Shown here: positions 1-7,049 of the stretch, piece by piece
How positions within the stretch are numbered: the first letter of the stretch is position 1
How the letters are laid out: every line of letters begins with the position of its first letter
Source: Thermomicrobiales bacterium
Lineage (GTDB): Bacteria; Chloroflexota; Chloroflexia; Thermomicrobiales; CADCWN01
Direction: 5' to 3'
DNA: 47,227 bases
NCBI GenBank assembly: GCA_035708265.1
Contig: DASSSV010000461.1
Coordinates: 1-47,227 of the forward strand
Program-made: the position numbers and the translations under genes
The notes under the pieces: generated by a model
What the model was told of the DNA's origin: nothing
The model's database searches: none
Seen by the model: only the letters and a program-made list of their open reading frames with translations

Positions 1-349
1 ACTGCACCAGGAAGAGGCGGGCGCGCTCGACGTCGTCGGTCGTCTCGGGCTCCGCGTTGGCGCGGGTGAACTCCTCGCGCGCCCACGGCGTCAGCGCGAG
101 GGCCTGCGCCAGCTCGGCCGGGCGTTCGCGGATGACGCGGAAGAGGTTGACGACCTGCGAGTCCAGGTCGTTGACCAGCTCGATCGGCGCGGGCGGCTTG
201 GCGAAGAGGACCGCGCCGCTGCCGAAGTAGGGCTCCAGGTAGACGCGGTGCGGCGGGAACTGCGCCACGATCCAGGGCGCCAGGAGCCACTTCGCGCCGG
301 GGTACTTCAGGATCGGTTGGAGGCGGTGCTCCATCCCGTTGCGCGGCAT
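1..349 (-). CDS. DNA adenine methyltransferase (Dam-like, D12 class), N-terminal part; gene continues beyond the window start
   Basis: Not in the ORF track because it is open at the window edge. Manual minus-strand translation from ATG 349 gives MPRNGMEHRLQPILKYPGAKWLLAPWIVAQFPPHRVYLEPYFGSGAVLFAKPPAPIELVNDLDSQVVNLFRVIRERP... KYPGxK and EPxFGSGAV are the N-terminal AdoMet-binding motifs of Dam-type N6-adenine methyltransferases. GGAGGG lies just upstream of the ATG. Confidence 0.75.
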   Translation of the reverse strand, partial: MPRNGMEHRLQPILKYPGAKWLLAPWIVAQFPPHRVYLEPYFGSGAVLFAKPPAPIELVNDLDSQVVNLFRVIRERPAELAQALALTPWAREEFTRANAEPETTDDVERARLFLVQ

Positions 350-385
350 GCGACCCTCCGCGGTTAGGGTTGTTTCGCGGAATCG

Positions 386-637
386 CTACTCAGCAGCAGC
401 ACTCGGGGGCGCGCCCCGGCCGGCCGGCGCGAGGGCGAGCTGGAACGCCACCGAGTACGGCGTGTCGAGCCCGCGGTCGGCCGCGAGCCGCGCCATCGCC
501 TCGGCGGCGATGGTGTCGGGGTCGTAGGCGACGCCCCGGGCCTCGCAGAGCGCGGTCAGGCGGCGCATCTCCGCCGTGAGGTCGAGGTAGGCGACGACCT
601 GCTCGACGAGGGCGCGGCTGTTGGGGCGGATGCGCAC
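386..637 (-). CDS. small hypothetical protein (83 aa)
   Basis: In-frame GTG at 637 inside track ORF 386..763, preceded by GGAAAGGAG. The product VRIRPNSRALVEQVVAYLDLTAEMRRLTALCEARGVAYDPDTIAAEAMARLAADRGLDTPYSVAFQLA... has normal composition. The track ORF upstream of 637 only translates a repeat. No family recognised. Confidence 0.45.
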   Translation of the reverse strand: MRIRPNSRALVEQVVAYLDLTAEMRRLTALCEARGVAYDPDTIAAEAMARLAADRGLDTPYSVAFQLALAPAGRGAPPSAAAE

Positions 638-660
638 GACCGACTCCTTTCCTGAGTGCC

Positions 661-796
661 GAGCGACGAGCGATGAGCGATGAGCAGGCTGCCGGCAGTC
701 GGCGATCGGCGTTCGGGAGGCATGGCTGACGGCTGACCGCTGACCGCTGACCGCTCGTTCCACTCATCGCTCATCGCTCAGCACTCATCGCTCATT
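661..796. repeat. heptamer-word repeat element (CGATGAG / TGACCGC words) with inverted arms
   Basis: The region is 7-nt periodic: gagcgac gagcgat gagcgat gagc ... tgacggc tgaccgc tgaccgc tgaccgc ... actcatc gctcatc gctcagc actcatc gctcat. The left arm gagcgatgagcgatgagc is the reverse complement of gctcatcgctcatcgctc in the right arm. It lies between the XRE stop (792) and the next gene start (637). Confidence 0.75.
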
Positions 797-1064
797 GGGC
801 GCGACGCGCCTGGACAGACCGGCCCGACGCCCCCGCTTGCGAGACGGAGGGGCGCGGCACGCCGTAGAGCTCGAACTGGGGGTCCACGGGGCGGCCGAGC
901 GCCGCGCCGTAGACGCGCGCGAGAACCTCGGCCTCCGGCCAGGCCGGGGCGCCGGCCTCGATGCGCTGGAGCGTGCGCAGGCAGTAGCCGAGCCGCGTGG
1001 CCGCCTGGCGCTGCGTCCAGCGCAGCTCGCGGCGGAGGCGGGCGGCGGGCGAGGCGGCGCTCAC
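792..1064 (-). CDS. XRE/Cro-C1-type helix-turn-helix transcriptional regulator
   Basis: In-frame GTG at 1064 within track ORF 792..1325. VSAASPAARLRRELRWTQRQAATRLGYCLRTLQRIEAGAPAWPEAEVLARVYGAALGRPVDPQFEL... shows the XRE HTH pattern (TQ.QAA..LG....TL.RIE.G). GTGA start/stop overlap with the upstream ORF. Confidence 0.7.
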   Translation of the reverse strand: MSAASPAARLRRELRWTQRQAATRLGYCLRTLQRIEAGAPAWPEAEVLARVYGAALGRPVDPQFELYGVPRPSVSQAGASGRSVQARRAQ

Positions 1065-1303
1065 GCCAGCGCCCGCGAACCGGCCGGCTGCTCGCCGGCG
1101 GCGCCGGCGCCGGGGTAGCGCACGGCCAGGGCCTCGGCGACGACCGTTGAGCGCGTCACGTGGCGCGCGGCCGCCTCCTGCCGGACCTCGTCGGCGACGG
1201 GCTCGGGCAGGCAGACGGTCAGCGAGCGGTAGCCGACGCCGTGCCGCTGCCGCCGCGGCCCGCGCGGCCTCGTGCGCTGCTGGGATGCGATCGCCTCGCC
1301 CAT
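1061..1303 (-). CDS. ribbon-helix-helix (CopG/Arc-like) DNA-binding protein
   Basis: Track ORF. RSLTVCLPEPVADEVRQEAAARHVTRSTVVAEALAVRY fits the strand-helix-helix pattern of RHH proteins. GGAGGAGG lies 7 nt upstream of ATG 1303. It is the first gene of a two-gene operon with the XRE gene. Confidence 0.6.
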   Translation of the reverse strand: MGEAIASQQRTRPRGPRRQRHGVGYRSLTVCLPEPVADEVRQEAAARHVTRSTVVAEALAVRYPGAGAAGEQPAGSRALA

Positions 1304-1331
1304 GGGGGCATCCTCCTCCGCCCATTCGCTT

Positions 1332-1407
1332 CTAGTTGTAGTATACTAGGACTAGTAAATCAAGTCAAGTAGTATAGTGCTTGTCTATGGTATACTCCGA
1401 CTAGTAG
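1332..1407. promoter_or_regulatory. AT-rich divergent control region with palindromic operator-like boxes
   Basis: This is the only AT-rich stretch in the window. It has a perfect 10-bp palindrome TAGTATACTA (1339..1348) overlapping the -10, further GTATAGT (about 1372..1378) and GTATACT (1390..1396) boxes, and repeated CTAGT/ACTAG half-sites. It sits between divergent HTH regulator genes. Confidence 0.6.
1340..1368 (-). promoter_or_regulatory. sigma70-type promoter for the RHH-XRE operon
   Basis: Read on the minus strand: -35 TTGACT (1368..1363), 17-nt spacer, -10 TATACT (1345..1340), about 35 nt upstream of ATG 1303. Confidence 0.6.
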
Positions 1408-1561
1408 CGAGCCACGGGCGGGGGGGCGGCCGACGCGGGACGGCGCCGGCGCGGCGGTTGTACCCGCGCGGGGCGCGCCACACCGGAGGGGCGGGGTGTC
1501 GTGCGGCGCGACGACATGGAGGAGGGGCCGTGGGAGAGCGGGGCCGTGGAAGGGGTGTGGC

Positions 1562-2023
1562 ATGCCGGGTGAGGGCCGCGGGGACCTCGGGGTCCTGCTG
1601 AAGCGCATGCGCGAGAGCAGGGGGTACACGCAGAAGGCGCTCGCCGCGCGCGCGGGGGTGTCGCAGGAGCTGGTCAGCCACATCGAGACGGGGCGGGTGA
1701 CGCGGCCGTCGCGCGACTCGCTGCTGGCGCTGGCAGGCACGCTGGGCGTCGCGCCCGACCCGCTGCTGGAGGCGGCCGGCCGGCTGGACGATCAGGAGCG
1801 GCGCGTCGGGTCGGGACCGCTGGCGGCGGGCCGGGACCTGATCGCCTGGATCGAGTCGCGGCCGGACCTGGTGGAGGAGCTGGAGACGCTCAGGCGGAAC
1901 AACTCGCCCGAGATCTACCAGCAGGTGCTGGCGGGACTGGCGCGGGCGTGGGAGGCGAGTTTCCGCCTGGCGATGGGGGCGTTCGCGGCCGGCGGCGAGG
2001 ACGCCGCGGGACGTCGGGCGTGA
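1562..2023 (+). CDS. XRE-family HTH regulator (repressor-like) with a C-terminal helical domain
   Basis: In-frame ATG 1562 in track ORF 1496..2023, preceded by GGAAGGGG. MPGEGRGDLGVLLKRMRESRGYTQKALAARAGVSQELVSHIETGRVTRPSRDSLLALAGTLGV... is a classic XRE HTH. Confidence 0.7.
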   Translation: MPGEGRGDLGVLLKRMRESRGYTQKALAARAGVSQELVSHIETGRVTRPSRDSLLALAGTLGVAPDPLLEAAGRLDDQERRVGSGPLAAGRDLIAWIESRPDLVEELETLRRNNSPEIYQQVLAGLARAWEASFRLAMGAFAAGGEDAAGRRA

Positions 2024-2109
2024 GGAGGAGGGCGGCGACGGGGCCGGAGGCCGTGAGGGGGCGGTCGCCGGCAGCGTGCCGACGTGGGCACGATGGAGGT
2101 AGAGACGCC

Positions 2110-2463
2110 GTGGGCCCGGCAGAGGAGTCGTGGCGAACACAGGGGTTGCCGTGGTTCGAGGTCGACGGGCTGGATCGGCGTTATCTGCTCAGGTGCCGGG
2201 AGGCGCCGCCGTGCGCGGTGCTGCCGGCCGGGCTCGAGGCGTGGGCGCGGGAGGACGCCTTCGCGGGCTGTCTCATGGACCTGGAGCTGGCCTGCACCGG
2301 GCGGCTGGCGCTGTGGGAGCGCCTGCTGCGGCTGGTGGAGGCGCCATCGGGTCCCGCGGCGGCGGGGCTGGCCGCGGCGGGGATCGCGGCGCTCATCAAC
2401 CTGGTGGACGGGCTGAACTGGGCCGAGCGGGCGCTGGGCTTGGTCGCGTCCCTCCCCTGTTGA
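2110..2463 (+). CDS. hypothetical protein (117 aa)
   Basis: In-frame GTG 2110 of track ORF 1948..2463, preceded by GGAGG. From here the text looks protein-like (ESWRTQGLPWFEVDGLDRRYLLRCREAPPCAVLPAGLEAWAREDAFAGCLMDLELACTGRLALWERLL...); upstream it is Arg/Gly-rich junk. No family recognised. Confidence 0.4.
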   Translation: MGPAEESWRTQGLPWFEVDGLDRRYLLRCREAPPCAVLPAGLEAWAREDAFAGCLMDLELACTGRLALWERLLRLVEAPSGPAAAGLAAAGIAALINLVDGLNWAERALGLVASLPC

Positions 2464-2487
2464 GCGGCGACGAGCGATGAGAGATGG

Positions 2488-2529
2488 GCCGCGAGCGACG
2501 AGGCCGACCGCCAGTTCGTCGCTCGCGGC
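2488..2529 (+). terminator. 14-bp GC-rich hairpin downstream of the 2110..2463 ORF
   Basis: gccgcgagcgacga (2488..2501) pairs perfectly with tcgtcgctcgcggc (2516..2529), followed by tt. It uses the same gagcgacga/gcgatga words as the 661..796 element. Confidence 0.5.
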
Positions 2530-2605
2530 TTGCACAGAGGCCCTTTAGTTCGGTGGAGAATAGAGGGGGCGTTAGGCCGGTTTTTGGCGCCACAGCAAAG
2601 ACTTC

Positions 2606-2672
2606 CCGTTGGGTAGTGTCCGCTTGCCTCCGGAGTAAGAGGTCGCAGGTTCGAGTCCTGCCAGGCGTACCA
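2606..2672 (+). other. tRNA 3'-half remnant (T arm, acceptor 3' strand, encoded CCA); possible att-site scar
   Basis: GCAGG-UUCGAGU-CCUGC T arm (2645..2661), then CAGGCGU, discriminator A and CCA (2662..2672). No complementary 5' acceptor strand ([AG][CT]G[CT][CT]TG) and no D arm or 7-nt anticodon loop were found in the 150 nt upstream. Confidence 0.5.
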
Positions 2673-2825
2673 CCGAATCCCCAATGGCAGAGCCGAAAAG
2701 CAAGGGCGGGGGCAATCTGGCTCCCGCCCTTCGCCTTGCCGGTGAGTGATGCCGTGAGTGACCAGGAGCACGCCGCATCGCGTGGTTGGCGCCAGGAAGG
2801 GCCGCGATGCGTCGTGCCAGCGTCC

Positions 2826-4106
2826 TCACGCCACCAGTTCGCGCCCGGCCGCGAAGCGCTCGTGCTCGCCGTGGTCGATGATCTCGCGCAGATGGCGGGC
2901 GACCTGCCAGACGTCCGCGAACGAGGTGTAGAGCGCGATCGGCGCGAGGCGCACGACGTTCGGCGGGCGGAAGTCGGGCACGACGCCGCGCGCCTTGAGC
3001 GCCTTGGCGATCCGCGCGCCGTCGGCGTGCTCGACCGCGACGTGCCCGCCGCGCCGGTCGTCCTCCTGGGGCGTGCCGATGGCATAGTGATACGGCGCGG
3101 CGGTCAGGCCGGTCGCGTCGAGCAGGTCCATCAGGTAGCGGGTCAGGGCGAGCGACTTGGCGCGCACGCGCGCGATGCCGGCCTCGCCGAAGATCGCCAG
3201 CGAGCCCAGGAGCGGCGCGCTGCTGAGGGCCTGGACGGTGCTGATCTGCCAGGCTCCGGCATCCTGCGCGGGGATGAAGCCGGGCGTCATGTCGAACTGC
3301 CGCGCCTTGTCGCTGCCCCACCAGCCGGCGAGCCCCGGCGCCGCGCCGAAGTGCCGGCGGTTGACATAGAGCCCGGCGGTGCCGCCCGGCCCGTTGTTGA
3401 GGTACTTGTAGTTGCACCAGCAGGCGAAGTCGACGTCCCACTCGTCGAAGCGGTGCGGCACGGCGCCGACCGAGTGGCAGCAGTCGAAGCCGGCCGGGAC
3501 GCCGCGCGCGTGCGCCGCCGCGGTCAGCCCGGCGATGTCGAAGAGTTGCCCGCTGCGGTAGAGGACCGAGGGGAGGACGAGCAGCGCGACCTCGTCGGTC
3601 AGCGCGGCGACGATGTCCTCCTCGGCGATCGTGCGCCCGTCGCGGCTGCCGACGAGGACGAGGTCGCCCTCCGGGTCGGCGCCGCGCAGCGCGAGCTGGC
3701 TGCGCAGCGCGTAGAGGTCGGAGGGGAAGTCGAGCGCGGTGGCGACGATCTTCCGGCGCCGCCCAGCCGGCCGGTAGAAGGTGGCGACGAGGCTGTGCAG
3801 GTTGACGGTCGTCGTGCCGGTGACGACGACCTCGTCGGCCGCGGCTCCGACGAGCGGGGCGGTGCGTTTGCCGAGTTCCTCGCCGAGGTAGTACCAGGGC
3901 GTCGGCGCGCCGAGCCAGCCGTCGATGCCGAGGTCCTTCCACTCGCCGAGGACGCGCAGCACGGCCGCCTCGGCGTCGCGCGACAGCAGGCCCAGCGAGT
4001 TCCCGTCGAAGTAGAGGATCTCGGGCCGCAGGTAGAAGCGCTCGCGGAAGGGCGCGAGGGCGTCGGCGCGGTCCAGTTCGGCGGCGTAGTCGGCGTCGGT
4101 GCGCAT
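2826..4106 (-). CDS. kynU: kynureninase
   Basis: C-terminal 426 aa of track ORF 2826..6191, starting at ATG 4106 (AAGGAG upstream). MRTDADYAAELDRADALAPFRERFYLRPEILYFDGNSLGLL...FDCCHSVGAVP...WCNYKYLNNGPGGTAGLYV... is a PLP-dependent kynureninase family pattern along the full length. Confidence 0.9.
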   Translation of the reverse strand: MRTDADYAAELDRADALAPFRERFYLRPEILYFDGNSLGLLSRDAEAAVLRVLGEWKDLGIDGWLGAPTPWYYLGEELGKRTAPLVGAAADEVVVTGTTTVNLHSLVATFYRPAGRRRKIVATALDFPSDLYALRSQLALRGADPEGDLVLVGSRDGRTIAEEDIVAALTDEVALLVLPSVLYRSGQLFDIAGLTAAAHARGVPAGFDCCHSVGAVPHRFDEWDVDFACWCNYKYLNNGPGGTAGLYVNRRHFGAAPGLAGWWGSDKARQFDMTPGFIPAQDAGAWQISTVQALSSAPLLGSLAIFGEAGIARVRAKSLALTRYLMDLLDATGLTAAPYHYAIGTPQEDDRRGGHVAVEHADGARIAKALKARGVVPDFRPPNVVRLAPIALYTSFADVWQVARHLREIIDHGEHERFAAGRELVA

Positions 4107-4124
4107 GGCGGCGTGCTCCTTCGG

Positions 4125-4180
4125 AGACGACAGACGGTAGACGATAGACGAAAGGTGGCGGACGGCGGATGGCAGGGGCA
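4125..4180. repeat. direct heptamer tract (AGACGNN / GGNNGGC words)
   Basis: agacgac agacggt agacgat agacgaa aggtggc ggacggc ggatggc aggggca: strict 7-nt phasing in the kynU 5' leader / divergent intergenic region. Confidence 0.65.
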
Positions 4181-4309
4181 GTATAGCGCGGTTTGGCGGG
4201 CGACAGCGGAAGCCGGCGGCTGAAGAGGGACGGTCAGGAGGGTGGTGCGCAGCCCCGACCGCGATGCCCGGGGCGGCCCGGGTCAGCACTTCTGACGTCT
4301 CGCTGCCGT

Positions 4310-4338
4310 TTGACACCCCGGCCGGCGCGTGGTACGAC
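4310..4338 (+). promoter_or_regulatory. candidate sigma70 promoter for the ThDP enzyme gene
   Basis: TTGACA (4310..4315), 17-nt spacer, TACGAC (4333..4338), about 60 nt upstream of ATG 4401. The -10 is weak. Confidence 0.4.
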
Positions 4339-4400
4339 TTGCCGCCAGAGCCACAACGGGGACGGTGCCGCGGCGCGTGTTCGACGGGGGAGGGTCGCCC

Positions 4401-6062
4401 ATGGAGGTAACGGAGCGGCGTGCGCCGGCGCGAGAGGCCGCCCCGACGCGGCGGCTGACCGGCGGGCAGGCGGTCGTGGAGGCGCTGCGCGCGGGGGGCG
4501 TCGACACCGTCTTCGGCATCCCCGGCGTCCACAACCTCGCCATCTACGACGCCCTGCGCGACGCGCCCGACGTCCGGCACGTCGTCTGCCGGCATGAGCA
4601 GGGCGCGGGCTTCTGCGCCGACGGCTACGCCCGCACCTCCGGCCGGCCGGGCGTCTTCGTCACTACCACCGGCCCCGGCGCGACCAACGCCTTCACCGCG
4701 CTCGGCGAGGCGTGGTCCGACTCCTCGCCGGTGCTCCACCTCGCCTCGCAGCTCGCCACGCCGCTGATCGACCGCGAGCGCGGCGTCAACCACGAGATCG
4801 TCGACCAGGCCGGCACCTTCCGCCACATCACGCGCCACCACGAGAGCGTCCGCGACCACGCGTGCATCGCCCCCGCCGTCGCCGAGTGCCTGACGGCGAT
4901 CCAGAGCGGGCGCCCCCGCGCGGCCTACCTCGACTTCCCCGAGGACGTCCTCAACGCCAGCGGCGAGGTGACGGTCGCGGCGCCGCTGCCGCCCGCGCGC
5001 CCCGCGGCCGACCCCGACGCCGTGCGCCGCGCGGCCGAGCGGCTGGCCGGCGCCCGCCGACCCGCCATCATCGCCGGGGTCGGCGTCCACCGCTCGGGGG
5101 CGTCGGACGAGTTGCTGCGGCTGGCCGAGGCGCTGCAGGCGCCGGTCTTCGAGACCGCGCCCGGCCGCGGCGCCATCCCCGGCGACCACCCGCTCGCCGT
5201 CGGCGGTCGCTGGACCGACGAGCCGCGGCTGTGGCGGGTCCTGGCCGAGTCGGACGCGCTGCTGGCGGTCGGCACGCGCCTCGGCGGGGGCAGCACGTCG
5301 AACTGGAAGGTCCCGCTGCCGCCGCCGATCCAGCTCGACGCCGACCCGGCGATGATCGGCAAGAACTACCCGGTCGCGCTGGCGCTGGAAGGCGACGCCC
5401 GCGCCACGCTCGCGGCGCTCAACGAGGAGGTCGCGCGGCTGGGCGCGCGGGCGGACGCGGGGCCGGCGCGCGCCGTGCGGGCGCTCTGCGATGCGCTGGA
5501 CGCCGAGATGCGCGCCGCCCACCCCGTCCCGATGGGCGTACTCGACGACCTGCGCGGCGCGCTCGACCGCGACGCCATCGTCACCAACGACAGCCTGATC
5601 CAGTACTGGACGGCGCGGCACCTGCCGGTCTACACCCCGCGCTCGTACCACATCCCCTGGATCTACGGCACGCTCGGCTCGGCGCTCCCCTTCGCCATCG
5701 GCGCCGCCGTCGCCGCGCCGGGGCGGCAGGTCGTCGCCATCGGCGGCGACGGCGCGTTCATGTTCACCTGCGCCGAACTGGCGACCGCGGTGCAGGCGGG
5801 GGCGAACGTCGTCTGCGTCGTCTGCAACGACCGCGGCTACAACGCGATGCGCCGCCACCAGCGCCTGCGTTACGGCGACGACCGGGTCATCGCCAGCGAC
5901 CTCGCCACGCCCGACTTCGCGGCGCTCGCCCGCAGTTTCGGCGCGCTCGGTCTCGCGCTGGACTCCCCCGCCGACCTCGGCCCGGCGCTGCGCGAGGCCC
6001 TGGCCGCCGGCCGCCCCGCCGTGCTCGACCTGCCGCTCGCGCTCGACATCCCGTGGAAGTGA
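4401..6062 (+). CDS. thiamine-diphosphate-dependent enzyme, acetolactate synthase large-subunit family (substrate not assignable)
   Basis: In-frame ATG 4401 of track ORF 4329..6062 (GGGGAGG upstream). Motifs: TGGQAVVEALRAGGVDTVFGIPGVHNLAIYDAL, RHEQGAGFCADGYAR, GPGATNAFTALGEAWSDSSPVL, and the ThDP motif GGDGAFMFTCAELATAVQAGANVVCVVCNDRGYN. Confidence 0.85.
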   Translation: MEVTERRAPAREAAPTRRLTGGQAVVEALRAGGVDTVFGIPGVHNLAIYDALRDAPDVRHVVCRHEQGAGFCADGYARTSGRPGVFVTTTGPGATNAFTALGEAWSDSSPVLHLASQLATPLIDRERGVNHEIVDQAGTFRHITRHHESVRDHACIAPAVAECLTAIQSGRPRAAYLDFPEDVLNASGEVTVAAPLPPARPAADPDAVRRAAERLAGARRPAIIAGVGVHRSGASDELLRLAEALQAPVFETAPGRGAIPGDHPLAVGGRWTDEPRLWRVLAESDALLAVGTRLGGGSTSNWKVPLPPPIQLDADPAMIGKNYPVALALEGDARATLAALNEEVARLGARADAGPARAVRALCDALDAEMRAAHPVPMGVLDDLRGALDRDAIVTNDSLIQYWTARHLPVYTPRSYHIPWIYGTLGSALPFAIGAAVAAPGRQVVAIGGDGAFMFTCAELATAVQAGANVVCVVCNDRGYNAMRRHQRLRYGDDRVIASDLATPDFAALARSFGALGLALDSPADLGPALREALAAGRPAVLDLPLALDIPWK

Positions 6063-6232
6063 CGCGGGGCGTGGGCCGTGGTGCGTAGAGGGTTGTGATG
6101 GCCCATCCCATCCCAAGCGTCGCTCTGGTCCGTTACGCGAGGGGGCGGCCCCGACGAGGGGGAAGGCGGTCGCCCGATTCCACGCCGCCACGCTTTACGC
6201 CCTTCGGCCCACGCCCCACGGCTCACGGCCCC
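6063..6232. repeat. heptamer-word element (CGTGGGC / GGCCCAC words) with inverted arms
   Basis: The left arm ggggcgtgggccgtggtgcgtag is complementary to cggcccacgcccc in the right arm, which is 7-nt phased: ctttacg cccttcg gcccacg ccccacg gctcacg. It starts directly after the stop at 6062 and ends just before the promoter at 6238. Confidence 0.7.
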
Positions 6233-6237
6233 CTCGT

Positions 6238-6266
6238 TTGACGCCCCGCCGCGCCGGTGCTAGAAT
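6238..6266 (+). promoter_or_regulatory. sigma70-type promoter for the ANTAR regulator gene
   Basis: TTGACG (6238..6243), 17-nt spacer, TAGAAT (6261..6266). This implies a leader of roughly 130 nt before ATG 6402. Confidence 0.65.
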
Positions 6267-6401
6267 CGGGCCACTCTGTTGGGGGACAGAGTCCGCCGCC
6301 AGCCCGCGCTGGCGTTTCGCCTCTCGCGCGTGCAACTCGTCGAGCCCGGCGCGCGGCCACCGCCGCGTCGGGGAGTCGTACCATCGCTGGGGGAGTGCCT
6401 T

Positions 6402-7022
6402 ATGGCCGCAGCACCGGTCGACCGCTGGCCACGCAAACGGCGCGTGCTCATCGCCGACGACGAGTCGATCATCCGCATGGACCTCGGGGAGATGCTGACC
6501 AACCTCGGCTACGAGGTGATCGGCGAGGTCGGCGACGGGGCCGCGGCGGTGGAACTGGCGAAGAAACTCTGCCCCGACCTGGTCATCATGGACATCAAGA
6601 TGCCCGGCGTGGACGGCATCGCCGCGGCGCGGGAACTGACGCGCGAGCGCGTCGCCCCGGTGCTCCTGCTGACCGCCTACAGCGAGCAGAACCTGGTCGA
6701 GCGCGCGAAGGAGGCCGGCGTCGTCGCCTACCTGGTCAAGCCCTTCCGCGAGGCCGAGCTGATGCCCTCGATCGAGGTCGCGCTCAGCCGCTTCGCCGAG
6801 TTCCAGGCGGTCGAGAAGGAGGTCGGCTCGCTGAAGGACGCGCTGGAGACGCGCAAGGTCGTCGAGCAGGCCAAGGGTGTGCTGATGGAGACGCACGGGC
6901 TGAAGGAGGCCGAGGCGTTCCACCGCATCCGCAAGGCCAGCATGGACACCCGCAAGTCCATGCGCGAGATCGCCGAGGCGATCCTCCTGGCCCACCAGCT
7001 CGAGAAGTCGTCCTCGCCCTGA
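6402..7022 (+). CDS. response regulator with ANTAR RNA-binding output domain (PdtaR/AmiR-like antiterminator)
   Basis: In-frame ATG 6402 in track ORF 6279..7022. Receiver domain RVLIADDESIIRMDL...DLVIMDIKMPGVDG...LLTAY...YLVKPF. ANTAR domain ETRKVVEQAKGVLMETHGLKEAEAFHRIRKASMDTRKSMREIAEAIL. Confidence 0.9.
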   Translation: MAAAPVDRWPRKRRVLIADDESIIRMDLGEMLTNLGYEVIGEVGDGAAAVELAKKLCPDLVIMDIKMPGVDGIAAARELTRERVAPVLLLTAYSEQNLVERAKEAGVVAYLVKPFREAELMPSIEVALSRFAEFQAVEKEVGSLKDALETRKVVEQAKGVLMETHGLKEAEAFHRIRKASMDTRKSMREIAEAILLAHQLEKSSSP

Positions 7023-7049
7023 AACGGCGTATTCCGCCCGGGCTCTACG

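Noticed and set aside
386-774. Three overlapping minus-strand ORFs (125, 125 and 72 aa) crossing 661..774
   Set aside because: Their N-terminal parts are translations of the heptamer-word repeat in three frames. Only the 386..637 segment of one frame looks protein-like.
2583-2672. Complete tRNA or tmRNA gene ending in CCA at 2672
   Set aside because: The T arm and acceptor 3' strand are canonical. However, no complementary 5' acceptor strand, D arm or 7-nt anticodon loop could be found within 150 nt upstream, and the acceptor sequence does not fit the tmRNA GGGGCUG-type end. It is treated as a 3' fragment.
2826-6191. 1121-aa minus-strand ORF spanning kynU and the whole ThDP-enzyme region
   Set aside because: Only the C-terminal 426 aa (from ATG 4106, with AAGGAG upstream) look like a real protein (kynureninase). 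The N-terminal roughly 700 aa are Arg/Gly/Ala-rich antisense translation of the plus-strand ThDP gene, which has clear family motifs.
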